The notes under the pieces are model-generated. The model saw only the letters and a list, made by a program, of their open reading frames with translations, did no database searches and was not told where the DNA came from. The translations under genes were made by a program, and so were the position numbers. From Scyliorhinus canicula (Eukaryota): a DNA stretch of 64,000 nt. The stretch covers positions 682,877-746,876 of the forward strand of contig NW_024055676.1 in the NCBI RefSeq assembly GCF_902713615.1, read 5' to 3'. This document shows positions 48,480 through 63,460 of the stretch, piece by piece. The number at the start of each line of letters is the position of its first letter. The first letter of the stretch is position 1.

Positions 48480-51400
48480 CTGAAGCAACAGTGCTACTGA
48501 GATTGGATCTAGTGCAGTGATTACTGATGCAAGGTCTCAACTAGCATAAACCGAGACAGGTTCTAGTGCAGAAATTACTGATACAAAGGTTGATTACCCT
48601 TAAATCATATAGGATATAGAGCAGTGATTATTGATTCAGGGTCTGGAATATTATAAACTGAGGCATGGTCTATTACAGTCATTTATGCTGCAGGGACTGG
48701 ATTAATATATGTGTGAAGACTTAAGAGGTCAGATGATTAAAAACTTGGTCGACGAGGCAGGTTATTTGGGATGATTTTATTAAGCGAATTGAGGTAAATA
48801 GGAGTAGGGAATGAATACTAGAGCTTACGGCCGAGACGCATGAAGACATTGCAAAGTGATGGTAGCGTTGTGGATAGCACAATAGCCTCACAACTCCAGG
48901 GTCCCAGGTTCGATTCTGGTTTGGATCACTGTTTGTGCGGAGTCTGCACATCCTCCCCGTGTGTGCCTGGGTTTCCTCCGGGTGCTCAGGTTTCCTCCCA
49001 CAGTCCAAAGATGTGCAGGTTAGGTGGATTGGCCATGATAAATTGCCCTTAGTGTCCAAAATGCCCTTAGTGTTGGGTTGGGTTATTGGGATAGGGCGAG
49101 GTGTTGACCTTGGGTGGGGTGCTCTTTCCAAGAGCCGGTGCAGACTCGATGGGCCGAATGGCCTCCTTCTGCACTGTAAATTCTATGAAACAATTAATTC
49201 TGAATATAACTTAACGTCTTGATAAATTACAGTTGCAAAACCCACGAACAATATTTTATATGTACACCTACGCGAACGACCAATCCCTTTTTGAAGTGAA
49301 TTCACTTGATCCTCTTAACCAGATGGGAGTTCTATGATTGGGTGGACATTTATCCTGTGGGTGCCATTCTGGTGATTCTGTTGGAGCACTGATCTGCTTA
49401 ACACCACCAGTATATTAGGCGTTTGGTGAATATAAAACGAGGCAGGAAAAGAATCCTCACCATGAAAACAACTTTCTAATGGATAGAGTGTAATACAAGA
49501 GTAAATTCATAATTTTGAACAAAACATAGATTTCCATTAACTTTTGGAAATTGCAGTGCAGCGATGTTCACATGTAGACCTGTCCCTCAAGCTCAGTTCA
49601 TTACTGGGACGGTGGTAAAATATTAAACTCAATATTACCCACATGATAGCAGAGCAAATACACATTTCATAGAACTACTTATAGGTATGAACAAGAATTA
49701 ATATAATCTCTAAATCAACAATGATTGTACTCGTATAAATAAGCAAATATATACAATCATTTAGAATATCGTGACAGGCAACAGGAATATGGTCCGGTGT
49801 AATATAAACAGAGAATGGTGTGTATTTTTGGAGTAACTGATATTTTATATGGAGCCAGTGGAATTCCCTATAACGATTGCCATCATGCCAGAATAAGACC
49901 CAAGGCTAGTGAAAGACCAGCCTCTGAAAATTAAATTGACCTATTTAAGACTGGACCCATAGTTTGAACTTTAGAATCACTGAGCAATATTTCAGAATGT
50001 CAAAATACAAACCATGATAGGTTAACACTCTTGTCTCGGTGGAATCACTATCACCTCCCACAACAGATACCTAAGCATATGATCCAGACCTGTGATCCAA
50101 TGCAGAAGGAGTGTTTAATGTTCAATTGTTCCATCTTTTAGATGTGATGATATTACAGTCTTCTGGATAGTCTCGCAATATTATTACAAAATGGGTAATC
50201 TGGAGGCCTGAACTAATACTCCAGACAGAGGAGTACAAATTCCACCAGGGCATATTGTAATGTTGTGAACAGTTTTGGTCTCCTTATATAAGGATATATA
50301 TTTTGGAGGCAGTCCAGAACAGGTTTGTTTTTGTTAATCTCGTGTATGGAGGGATTTTCAAAGGTAGGTAGCATTTCACAGCACAGAAAGAGATCTTTCG
50401 ACCCATCGTTACTCTACCTGTCAGCAAATAAAGAAGAATCCGGCGTTGAATCACAGACCTTGCGGTAAACAGCCAAACACGCTGACCAATTTCACCATGG
50501 AGACTGTGGCCATGATGTGGAGATGCTGGCGTTTGACTGGGGTGAGCACAGTAAGAAGTTTGACAACACCAAGTTAAAGTCCAACAGGTTCGTTTCAAAT
50601 CACTAGCTTTCGCTCCCACCTGAGGAGGGAGTTTAGCCTGGTGTTGTAAGACGACAGAAACTGAAATGGGGAGAGCTTAAGTCGATTAGGCCTACACGAA
50701 TTGGAGTTTAGAAGTATGAGAGGCGAGGTTACTGAAATACATAGTATTCTCAGGGGGCTTGACAATGTTGATGCCAGAGGTTGTTTCCGCTTTTGGGAGA
50801 GTCTAGCACCATAGTGCACAATCTAAGTGTAAGATGCCACTCATTTCAGACGAGGCTGAAGAGGACTTTCTTCTCACAGACGGTAGTGATTCTATAGAAT
50901 TATTTGCCGTAGAGATTTCGCCTGGTCGATAAATATGTTCAAGACTGAGACAGGCAGATTTTTAACCAGTTAGGGAATCAAGGGTTATGGGAATAAAGTA
51001 GAAATGTGGAGTCTAGGATTTTACCAGATTTGCCACGATTTCATTGAATGGCAGATCATATTCCATGGGTCGAATGGCCAAGTTCTGCTCCAAATCTTAT
51101 GGTTTTATGGCAGCTGTAGACTTTCAATTGAATGACTTAATCAATCAGCCAAAAATTGGCGCGTCATTTATAATACTTATGAAGCCATCGAAATTTCAGA
51201 AAGCCCAGCAGGTTCACCAGCGTCCTTCAGGAGAAGAAAGCTCCCTTCCTTACTCTGTCTGGCCTATATGTGACTCTAGTTCAACAATGATGTGATTGAC
51301 TATTAACTATCTTTGATATTGCCAAGCAAGCAAGGCAGTTGAAGGGAAGATGCTACAGAAAGTCAAATGTTAATAAAATCGCTCGAAGTGCATCTCATCA

Positions 51401-52920
51401 AAAAGGTGGTTCACATTAGGCTTCTCAGGATGGATAGTTAATGCTGACTTTGTCAATGATGGCTGTATGGCGAGAATCAATCCAAAACTGTGCAAAGTGC
51501 TGCAGATTCTGGAAATCTACAACATAAACAACAAAAAAGGCTGCTCAGCAGGTCAAAGAGTATCAGCAGAGAGAGGAACAGATTCACATTTCAGGTGGAA
51601 TACCTCATTGATATAATTCTGAAGAGCAGAGCTGCTTTTCCCAGTATCTTGGACCAATGCCCGTTCTGCATCTAAAATCACAGATTAGCTGGTCACTTAT
51701 CACATCTCAGTTTGTGGGAGCTTGCTGTGCACAAATTCCCTGCTCTGTTTCCGACATTGGAGCAATGACTAAATTCAGCAAAAATATATCAGTGCGTTTT
51801 AAGGGCGTTGGGACGACCTGAGGTCGGGTAAAGTGTTTTACAAAATCGAGCTCTTTCCAAATGTTAACATTTTTAAATGCAGGTGGTAATATGTTGAAAG
51901 TTCTGAGATTGATGTGACGACAGATCAATCCTCTGCCTGATGTTTCAAGTTATCTACTTTAAATCGGTTAATATTTCAATCAAATTAACATTCAGTGGGA
52001 AAGTAGCTGGTTAAAGATGATTTATTAATTGAGGCATCAGAACTTTCAAAATGAATACTTAATTTAAAGTATTTTTTATTTCAATTAAGTAACATCTGTT
52101 CTAATGGAAGTTTCTATTCATTTAACCAACTGTCAATATTCTTAAAATAACCCGTTATTATGAGTTGAAACTAATCAATGAGTGATTGTGTTTGTCTCCT
52201 TTTGCTGACATTGTGACCAGTGAGGTGTTTATGTAAATAAACACAGAAATAGAAGTCCCAGATTAGATTGCGGACTGAGAAAAGCAAAACAAATGTATCC
52301 ACACCAACACAGCACAGAAATAGAGCCAAAGATGCAAATAGATCAACGAATTCCAATAGTGTTTGTTTTTCGACATTTTTTTATTCATCAGTTATATGAG
52401 AAAAATGTCATGATGATATCCATGTTCATAATTAGGAAATATTCCCTCTAATCTCTAAATATAAGGGCATGCCAAGTGTGTTAGTAGAATTTTCCTGTAT
52501 CCTATCTCTCTCTGTGTCTCTCATAACTGGTTTGATCTCATGCCTCTCCACGAAGGGTCATTGTCTTTAATCGACATGTGGCCAACACTAATAACAATTT
52601 TACAGTGAAATGCCCCGAGTCGCCACATACCGGCGCCCATTCCGGTAAGCGAACCCGCGCCGCTGGTCTTGTTCTGCAAACCAGCTGTCTTGGCCACTGA
52701 GCTAAACCAGCCCTCTCAGCCCGAACTCAGCCCGTTGGCTTCCAACTAAATGGATCGAATCAAATGTATTGGAATCTGTCGAGGGAGTTTTACGCAAAAA
52801 TGTGGTTGGAGCATTAAATTACTTTGGAGTATTTAATGAGAAGTGTAGAGACAATTTTCCTCTATATCTGATCTGGGCTGCACATGGTTGAGGATTTGAC
52901 GTGGCAGGGCCGAAGAATCT
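48480..52920 (+). repeat. Segmental duplication, copy B
   Basis: See copy A. It carries its own insertions: a SINE at 48860-49188, a Penelope-like piece at 50530-50655 and a SINE tail near 52600. Confidence 0.9.
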
Positions 52921-54769
52921 TTCCTTGCACTTAATCAAGCTGCCGTGACCTTGGAGCATTTGACTGAACAGTGTCGAGCAAGCTTTACTTGCATGTAACC
53001 TGCACTGATCCTGCCCTGTGAGTGTTTGATATGACTGTGCATAGGGAGATTTACTCCGTACCTGAACTGTGCTGTACCTGACCTGGGTGAGTTTGATAGG
53101 AAAATGCAGAGGTTTCTTTACCCAGTAACTAACCCCACTGTCAACCTGTCTGAAGGAAGAGCGCAGAAGAGGTTTTGCGTGGGATCGAACTCTTGGTTTC
53201 CAGGCAGTTAATATTTTTGAGCGAGTTATGAAAATGAAAATCGCTTATTGTCACGAGCAGGCTTCAATGAAGTTACTGTGAAAAGCCCCTAGTCGCCACA
53301 TCCCGGCGAAGCTAGTACGGGAATCGAACCGTGCTGCTGGGTCTGCTTTATAAGCCAGCGATTTAGCCTTGTGAGCTAAACCAGCCCAGTAGAGGGAATT
53401 TAATTATATATCAAAACAAACTGCAGCTGCTCTGAGAATGTTTGATGGGGACAGTGTGAGGGAGTTTCTCTTTGTCTCCAACCTGTGATGCACCTGTCCT
53501 GCTAGTGCTTGAAGGGACAGTCGTCGCTGCCTCTGTATTGAACCAAGCCATGAGCCCGTCTCTGTTTATATTATACTACCTTGTACCTGTGTCAGTTTAC
53601 ATTAAATAAGGACGTATTTCTCTTTGTTCATATTAAACTAGGCCACCAATTAGAGGACATGTCTTGATCAATAAGGCGTTCAAGAGTTATTGGGAGAAGG
53701 CAGGAGAATGGAGATTAGGAACATATTGGCCATGATTTAATGGCGGAGCAGTCTCGATGGGTCGAATGGCCTAATTCTGCTCCTATATCTTATGGAGTTA
53801 TGCACCCAGTTTGTCTCTATTTACATTAACCTAGAACCTGACTCTGTTTTTATTCATTTAAACCTGTCTATATTTGTATTACATTAGATGCAGCCTCAGT
53901 TCTGCCCTGGGCCATATCTCTGTTCACATTACATTGGAACCGGCCTCAGTAATTGCAGCGATCGACCACGCACAATAATTTGGAAAGTAGCTGAGGTGGA
54001 AATTGTGAAGATTTAAAAAAAACTGATGGGCAAGTGATAGTCTAAAATTCTTCAGCAAGCAATGCTGATCTATGTCCAGATAAACGTCATAGTCTGTCTT
54101 GCCAGCACCCTAGATGCACCTACATACAAGCGCAGATCTCCCTGATCTTCTTGCAGCCACTTCAACTTGTACAACTGAACTTCTATTGCCTGGCCCTAGT
54201 GCAATAAACTAAGGGAATGGAATAGTTGTAATTGTGTAACATAAACAAAGGACCATTAGATAAATAACCGAGACAGAACCTAATGTTGCAGCAACATTCA
54301 TTCTCTTCACAACAGACACACAGTTGCTGCATTGTGTAACATCGACGGGATGCACTGCAGCAACTCGCCAAGATTTCTTCAACAGCACCTTCCATATCCG
54401 AGACCTCCGAGAATCACAAGGGCAGCAAGCACATGGGAACACAATACTCTGCATCCGCCCACACATACAGATCTCTGGGTAGGAATTGGTCTTGGGCACT
54501 GGCAACGAAGAAATGCCAACTGAAATCTAATTCCGCTGACTGCACTGAAAATGAATATCAAATGTTGCATAGCACACACTGTATTGTCTGTACATCCCGT
54601 TTCAGGCTGTTGCAATAAAATGATTTCTTGTTCAAAATATCTATTTAGTATATTATCCTTCCATCTCAAAGACATGTGGAATAATGCGCCCACAATTCAA
54701 AACAGAGGCATCATCTGGTGCATTAATAAAAGGGAGCAGGTCTCGGAAAAAAATAGGCAGATTCAGGAT

Positions 54770-55073
54770 CAAATATAGAATCCCTACAGGGCAGAAGGCC
54801 ACTCGGCCCATAGCATCTGCCCCGACCTCTGAAAGAACACCTTCCGCAATCCCCTGCCCTTGCACCATGACCTGCGCATCCCTGGACACTAAGGGGCAAT
54901 TTAGAATGGCCAATAAACCTAACCTACATATTTTTGCATTATGGGAGGAAACAGGAGCATCCGGAGGAAAGCTACTCAGACACAGGGAGAAAGTGCAAAC
55001 TCCACACGGATCGTCAAGAATTGAACCCTGGAGCTGTGAGGCAGCAGTGCTAACCACTGTGCCACCGTGCCGC
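54770..55073 (-). mobile_element. V-SINE-like element, diverged
   Basis: Reverse complement of the SINE head (GGCACGGTGGCACAGTGGTTAGC) and core. Confidence 0.75.
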
Positions 55074-58000
55074 CGATAACATAATCAGAGACTGGGTCTA
55101 GTGCAATATAAACTGAGTTCTGGTCTAGCGGAGTGTCGATTGATACAAATTGAGACATGATCAATGCAGCAATAAGAGGGATATCGTACAGCACAAGAAT
55201 AACAGGGGCATGGACTAGTGTTATATAAACAGGGACACGGACAGGTGTAGAATTAACTAAAGCAGGATTGAGTTTATTAGAATCTAACTATCTTGTCGAG
55301 TAACAGCAGAGACCGAACCACGTGAAGCAAACAGAATGTTGTTCCAGTTTACGATGCACAGATAAACGTTCTGATGCTGTAACCATTGTGACGTGTTTCG
55401 TGCCAGACTAACCGAGACATGATTTAGTGCAGTTATTATTAATGATTTGTAATATAAACAGGGCGTGTGCCTGTATATTAACAACTGATATTCAGCCGAG
55501 TGCAGGGAAACTGAGACAGGGCCTGCTGTAATGTGATAGAGACACGGCGAGTGTAATGTAAACAGAGGCGGGGGCAAGGTGAATGTAAGCTGAGAGATAT
55601 GTTTAAAATGATTTAATGGCATCTTGGTGTCACCAGTAACGTCAGCATTTGATGCCAATGCCTAATTGCCCTTGGGAATATGGTGTTGAGCCCGCTTATT
55701 GAACCATTGCCTTCCATACTGAGTAAGTCCACCCACAGAGGTGACAGGAAGGGCGTTCCAGGATTTTGACCAGTGACAGTAAAGAGATATAGTTCCCATC
55801 TTCTGCACTGTAAATTCTATGATATATATGAAGATAGTGTGAGGCTTGTCGGGGAACTTGCAGGTCCTGCTGTTACAATGCGTCTGTCGGGCCTGGTCCT
55901 TTTAAATGTCAGAGTTCGTGGGTTTTGAAGGTGGTATAGAAGGAGGCAGTTGCTGCAGGACATCCTTGTGTATCGCTCAGGCTGCTAGAATTGTACACAC
56001 GTGATGCTGGGAGTGAATGTTTCAGCTGGTGGATGGGGTGTTCCTCGAGCCGGCCGCTTTGTCCTGGATGGCGTTGAGATTCTCGAGTGTTGCTTGAGGG
56101 GCGCACATCAGACAAATGGAGAATATTCAGTTAAACTCCTGACTTCTGCCTTCTAGATGATGAGTAGGGGTTGGGAAGTCAGGAGATGAGAAACTCACCA
56201 CAAAATCTCTAGCCACTGACCTGCTCTTGTAGCCACATTATTGAAATGGTTCTTCCAGTTCAGTTTTTCATCAATGCTAATGATGGTGGGGGATTCAATC
56301 AAGGTAGTGTCATTTAAAATCAAGGGGAGTTGGTTAGCATCTCTATTTTGGGGGGTCATTGCCTGGCACTTGGCAGCCCAAGCCTGAATGTTGTCCAAGT
56401 CTTACTGTATATGAAGACAGACTGCTTCAGTATTTGAGGAATCGAATATGGTGCAGAACATTGGGTAATCATCAGCGAACATCCCCACTTCTGACCTTAT
56501 GATGAAGGGTGAAGCTAGGGCCGGGGACACTATGCTCGGATACTATATGTGACAGGATGCTCCTTGACACTTTTCATGAAGTTGCTGATGATCAAATGCG
56601 GACTGATGGGCCAATAATTGGCCGGGTTGGATTTTTCCTGCCTTATGTGGACGGGTCATGTTTGGCAATGTTACACATTGTTGGGTACATGTCAGTGCTA
56701 TACCTGCACTGGAGCAACTTGTCAGGGGCGCAGCCAGTTCCAGGCCACACATCTTCAGTATTGCTGCTAGAATGTTGCCAGGGATAATGCATTAGCAGCG
56801 CCGTCAGCCGTTTCTTGATATCGTGTGGAGTGAATCAAATTTGCTGAAGAATGACATCCATGATGATGCAGACCACCGGAGGAGGCCGAGATGGACCATC
56901 CTCTCGGCACCTCTGGCAGAAACTTTCAGTCTTGTTTTTTGCACTGGCGTGCTGGGCCCCCGCATCATTGAAGAGGGGAATTTTATTGAGGCTCCTATTC
57001 CGGCCTTTTGTTTATTTATTCATTACTATTCAGGACTGGATGTGGCAAAACTGCAGAGACAGATCCTGCATATTGAAAATAGGAACACATTGATTGTGTG
57101 ATATAAACATTGACAAGTACTGGTGCAGTATTAATTAAAACAGAGTGTCGTGTATAAAAACTAAGACAGTGTCTAGCCTAACAAAAATACAGATGGAGTC
57201 CAATTTAAAATTAGCAGAGGCAGCAGTAATTATTGAGGCAATGTCTGCTTCATGTAATGCCAGACATCTCGATTTAAATTCCATCTGCTGGCCAAACTTT
57301 GCAATTGCAGTTACTGTGAAAATGTCGCTGTCAGGTATAATCCATGATGTTGATGTATCCATAATCAATTTGCACAAATGTAATATCACATCGCCTTCTA
57401 CGGGAGGTGCTAAATTTTAAGGTGTAACTAATTGCAGGTGTCGCTGGCTGATTCTCCCACATTGAGATCAGCACCACAGCAAAGTGGCTCAATTCCTGGT
57501 CACGCATTTTTGTTCATCTTTGTTAAATAGAGGAATGTTTACCTGGAGGTTGTGTGGAGTCCATGGGAAATGTAACATTCATCTAACAAACATAGTGTTG
57601 GGGAGAGTTTATTGATTCATTATGCCACCTGCAAAATGGTTGGGGGCCATTGTGTCCGAAGCTTCAGGAAGTTCACATGGGATTTTAGTTTTAAAGGGGA
57701 AATATGGATGTGCGTGTAAGACAGAGAGAATGCGTGTGTGAGAGACTGTGTGTGTGTGTCTGTGTTTATGTGAAGCACATGTTGCATACAATTTAATTTC
57801 ACAAAGGCCACGGCATCCTTCTATTTCCAATAGATACACAGCAAATATTTCCACAAATGTAGCACATGAAGCTCCCAATTCTCGTTCTGGGTTGTCATTT
57901 TCTCGGTTTGTGTCCATTTCAAACCTGCTAAATCCACTGGTTCTGGTGGCCCACACCAGCCCACCGGAGGTGTCGCCATTTTTTTCAGTTTGCAGATGAT

Positions 58001-61000
58001 GACACCCAAATGTGATCAATGTTTAGGTTTCGGGACATTATGTCACACTTGGAAGAATCCTTGAAGTGGAATATCGGCCTTCCCCTGGGTGCGTGGCTCC
58101 AGCTACTTCGCAAAGTGGAAATTCCTTGGTCGTGTGACTATGTCCCATTTAGGGACCAGACTGGAAATGTGCAAAACACCTACTTTTAATTGTCTTGAAG
58201 AGAATTGCAAGCTCTGTCTTTGAGAAAACTGCCGCATTTCTGATTGTGTCCGGCCAGTAAATATCCATAATGCATTGCAGACAACAAAGATGACATTGGC
58301 TGAGTTATTTTTCTTCACATGTGCAGGTGTTCCTTGTTTCACAGACATACAAGAAGTTTCTGGGCGTTCAGGCCTTATAAACCACCTGCTTGTTCCAAAG
58401 GGTCAGCTTGATGTTATTCCATGAACATTCAATGAGTAAAGCAAAGGTCGTATCTGCTTTCGCAATGACAGCATCACATTCTGCATCCAGGCAGTCTCTC
58501 ACCGTGGAAACTCGACAGCAGAATCTGCGCACCGGCTCTTATTTAGTGTGACCATGGCGAGAGTGCAACACCTTGTCCCACTGCCACGGTTTCCTCATGC
58601 GTTTGGTAAGGAAGAACAAGATACAAGGCACCGAGGACTGAGTCCATGAGTCTCTGTCGGTAATGTTTTGTGTGGATTATCCAACTTTAAGCATAGAGGA
58701 ATTCTCTGATGAGGATGTATTGTGATTATGTCTCCGTTTTCATGACTGAAAGGTTGCCGAGGTTGCAGCCTTACCGACTGTGCAAGTGGAGTCATCCATA
58801 TCTTCAGGGAAGACGAAGATCAGCAGCATGGAGAGGAAGCTGCTGAATAGAGTTGGGTCAATGACACGGTCCTCTTTCGCTCAATTATTCACTTAGAATC
58901 ATTCGGAAGTGGAATCATCAATCTGCACAGTGCAGTGCATTTTGCGATGGAAGGAGTGAATGCGACAGGGGAGCTTCAGCAGTCAGCCAATTTTCCCCAA
59001 ATCATATAGTCACTACTCCGCTGACAGTGTGGAATTTTTATTGAGATTGACGAACGTAAGGCGAAGAGGTAGGCATGTGGCAGAGGGAGCAGATCTTGTC
59101 CAGAGTAAATCTTGCGACGCAAACACAGCCCCTTTCTTCCAGCAACATTCGACCTGCAAGCAGGTGAAGTATTTAAAGTGTGACCATTGGAAAGGCCTTC
59201 CCAGTGCTGCTATGAGTGAGTTATGTCAATAGTTGCTGCAGTCTCCTCTGTCCACTTTATTTTCAGATATTGGTTATGATTTTGCATCACGAATCTCCTC
59301 CGGGATGGGTTATGTCTTCCAGCAGAGAAGGCATAGGTCATAAATGATCAGAAACATAGCAATTATATTCACCAATTTTCATTCATTTAGGAATATAAAT
59401 AATCAGATTCACAAATTGCCACCGTTCCACAAAGTACAGTTTTAAATTAAGTTATCCGGTGCCGGTGTCGAGGGCTAGGCCATGACTTATTGTCCATCGC
59501 TAATTGCCTTGGTATAGGGTGGATACGTTAGGCTTGAGTAGGGTGATCATTGCTCGGCACAACATCGAGGGCCGAAGGGCCTGTTCTGTGCTGTACTGTT
59601 CTATGTTCTATGTTCTATCGTCAGCAGAGCAGGGACTATAATATTTGGAGGGGAATTTCCAGGTGGTCATCTTCCCATGTGTCAGCTGCCTTTTCCTTCT
59701 GGGAGGTAATGGTCCTGGGTTTAGAAGATGTTTCAAAGGAGACTTGCTGCGTTCCTGCAGCTCATCTTGTGGGTGGTATATTATTGCCATTGTTCGTCGA
59801 TAGTGGATGGAATGAGTGTTTGCACATAGGGTGACAATCAAGCGGGGCTGCATCGGCCTGCATGGTGTCGAGCTTTTTGAATTTGGTTGGAGCTGCACCC
59901 AGCCAGGTCACTGGAGAGTATTCAATTACAGTCCTGACTTGTGCCTTGCAGATGGTGAACAGGCTTTGGGAGTCAGGAGGTGAGTTGCTCGCCGCAGGCT
60001 TCCGAGACGCTGACCGGATCTTGTAGCCTCAGCATTTATATGGTCAGTCCAGGACAGTTTCTGGTCAATGGTAACCCCAGTGTATTGATAATGGGGGATT
60101 CAGCGATGGCAATATCAGTCAATATCAAGTGGCGATGGTTAGATTCTACTTTGCTGGAGATGATCATTGTTTAGCAATTCCGTGGCGAATATTACCAATT
60201 TTCACAATTCACAAAGTTAAATAATGATATCAATCAATTAACATCAACTCACAACATAAAAAGTTACATTCACCAATTATGATCCGTACTTTCCTTCACA
60301 AAATGCAAATGCAATTAATTTAAGGGAGGTGGATTTGAGACCAGGAAGAGATCAGCCATGATGATTGAATGACGGAGTAGGCTCGAAGGTCTGAATTGCC
60401 TATTTCCCCTCCTAATTTCTATATTCGTATGTTTAACATAATTTATTGAGATTAACTTTAGTTGAGTTAGCATTGACCATTCTGCCACCAAGAAGTCACA
60501 TCTGCACCGGAATTCAATGTGAAATGGAATTAAATCAGACCGAGGATTATGTGCAGCTACCCAGCAGCCTCTGCGCTGTATTGGTCAGTAATCACCTCAT
60601 CGTCACATAGAATCTGCAGACTGGGGTATGAGATGCTTTTTAAAGTGTCGGTAGAAATGAAAATACCTGTACCTAATGTAACGTTAATGAATCTTTACTT
60701 CCCAATTTGTTATTACACTGTTTTGGAAAGTAATTCAACGTCTGCAGCTGTCCACAGAGTTTCACAGGATTTCTGTTCCAGGTCCGGTGTCTCCATTGAT
60801 TTGGGCGAGGATATCTTGAATGACTTATTGTACATGAAATGACATGTTCCAAAAATTACAGCTGTCCCTTCTCAATGTAATCATGTTCCCGCTTTCTGTG
60901 TTTGAGATGAAGATTCACCATCAGCAGAGAAGAATCACCAGAACCGTAGGAATATCCCCAGTTTCCTCTCAGTGACGTCCATTTCGTCAGTTCCCGATAA

Positions 61001-63460
61001 TCTGGGGATGGAATTCACCCAGAACAGCTTCAGCCACCGAATGTATTAGACTGACACAAATTATAACGGACCTGCTTTAATTTGTGAAACCATCAAGTGC
61101 AGAATTGAGAATGTAGAACAGTACCTTTCAGGACCATCTAGCCATCCATCCATCAATCCCATTCACTAATTTCACAATCAAAATATTCACGCATCAAACC
61201 AACATCCATCACTACATCAAAGCAGTAACCCATTATCTTTTGGGTGAATGTTGGGGGCGTATTAATGTCATTGAACCAATAATCCAAAGGCCTGGGCTAA
61301 TTCTGTGGGGATTTGGGTACACATCCTCCCGTAGTCTGTGGGGGGATTTGAGTTCAATTAATAAATCGAAAAAACATACTACTGGCCACCATGAACTCCC
61401 CTCTGCTTCGCCAATGAAATAAATCTGACATCCTTCCCTGGTCTCACCTACATTTGGCTCCAATCGGATAGCAACATGTCTGACTTCTGAGCTGGCCCAG
61501 CTCAAGAGCAATTAGGGATAGGGGATACCCGGTGGTCTTGACAGTGAGTCCCAAATTCCACGGAAGAATAAAAGGAAAAACACATAAATCTACATGTTAA
61601 TCTATTACAAAATGTACCCTCTGTCTGATACTCTGTCTGATAGTCTGGTTGCATGTCTACCCATCATCACAATGTTATGAGATGTGGGAGAGATCCGTCA
61701 GCCGGCTATGTTGCTAAGAGTGGCAAGAGAAGCTGGATAACTCTCCTTAGAGATGGGAACAATTCAAATAGGTTCACAATTTAAAACGTAAAATGATCTC
61801 CAGTACTGTTGCTGGGTAGATTTGTTTATAAATAGTCCTCATTGACAATGTTACGAGTTTGAAGTTGGCTTGCAGCCAAGCGGTCAGTACTGAGCAAACA
61901 GATCTCTGAAAAACAAATCCAGATGTTTCCTGTAAACAACATTGAACATTCGAGCCTCCCTGACTGCAGGCGGCTGGATTGCTGCCAAATACTGTGTGGG
62001 GCAGATTAGCCTGAATATGAATGGATTAAATGGGATTTATCCATTCAAACAATAAATGTTTAGTCGCACATGAAGTAAACGTTTTAAATGGTGTTCCAGG
62101 CAAATAAATATACTCACTGAATGTTTTGTTCACTATGAGATTAAACACAATCTGAAAATAGTAACCTGACCAGATGCTATTTAATTTAAATTAGTTCTGA
62201 GTAAAGGTCACTCTAGTTATTAAAGTCCGTTTGTTAAAAACCTAATGAAGTGGGAGTGAGTGGTGTTGGTGGACCCAATCCACAAGTTCAATAAGATGAC
62301 TCCAATTACAAAAAATAAAATAAAATTAATTAAAAGTTTTAAAATACTGCATTGAATTCGCGGGGAATCCTGGAATATTCTCCGAGTTGTCGATCTCCGT
62401 TAAACGGAGGCGTCTCTTATACCCGATTAGCACCGTGTTCTGTACAGTTTAATTTGTCTGGATTTCCATTATTTAACAGTCCCTCTCATTGCTGCTAATG
62501 AGTGGAGAAATGACCAGTTCATGACCAGCTTCAGTGGAAGATAAAACATTTATTCCTGTGATATTGTGTAATATGCCACAAAGTCCTGATATCCTGTGTT
62601 CCCAACACCAGTGAATGTTAGACAGCCGGTGGTCAGTAAAATTAACGGCAATGGTTTGGATGCTGAAGGATAACTTTGCTGATCACCGTGTCCGTTCTGA
62701 TTCATTAACTTCTCTGTCAAAAGTTGGTGTGCATTTTATGTTTCTCTGTCAACTCACTGTTGAATTATCAGGCAAGCGGCTTCTTTTACCGCTAATGTTC
62801 ACAGGACTGTCTGAGGCTGAGGGACAGTTCGAGAAATGTAAAGAGAGACTTTTTGTAATTTGAGAGTTTCTTCTTGTCTACAGACCCACATTGTACAGTG
62901 ATGGCTATCCGCACTGCAAATGTAATCACGTCATTCATTCCCTCATTTAGTTACATTATGTCTGATAAATTATACTTTATTGTTGCAATGGGATAGAGTC
63001 CCGGAGTGTTGCAAATCTGAGTGACAAACGATTTATTCCCTGATAGTGTAATTTAATCTGTTTATGTTCATCCCTTTATATTGGAGTGCAGAAATAAAGA
63101 GACTTAATATATAATGGAATTCGATTTTACTTAGAGATGTTTAAATATCATTTCCCATTCAGATGAGGATAGACATTACAATGAATCCATTCAGCCAAAC
63201 AAATATACCGATACCGATCTAATATCGTTTTTTAAATAATAACCTATTTAAATATCTGTGTCCATTCTGTTGGGGGTGTGGAAGGCGGGACGTGGATCCA
63301 GTCGCCGCCTCCACCAGGGAATCAACAGGCGGCGCCTGGAAAGCCGCCCCCTTCTGCCGGGTATTTAAATGCCGCTCACTGGGACCCGAATCCAACAGTC
63401 CGGGAGTTGGTTTGTTCACTGAGTTCCTGACACAACCATTTCCCCCAAATGACCAGAAGG

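Noticed and set aside
58130-58180. GTRLEM, J-like peptide
   Set aside because: No FGxG or WGxG, no upstream 12-RSS and no splice donor.
58440-59100. FR3-like peptides (SLTVET...TGSYL; EFLLRLTNVR)
   Set aside because: No YxC in frame, no RSS and no matching FR1 or FR2.
60560-60940. Minus-strand leader-like, LEQKS and DDE-DY fragments
   Set aside because: The pieces fall in different frames with many stops and no RSS, and cannot be told from chance.
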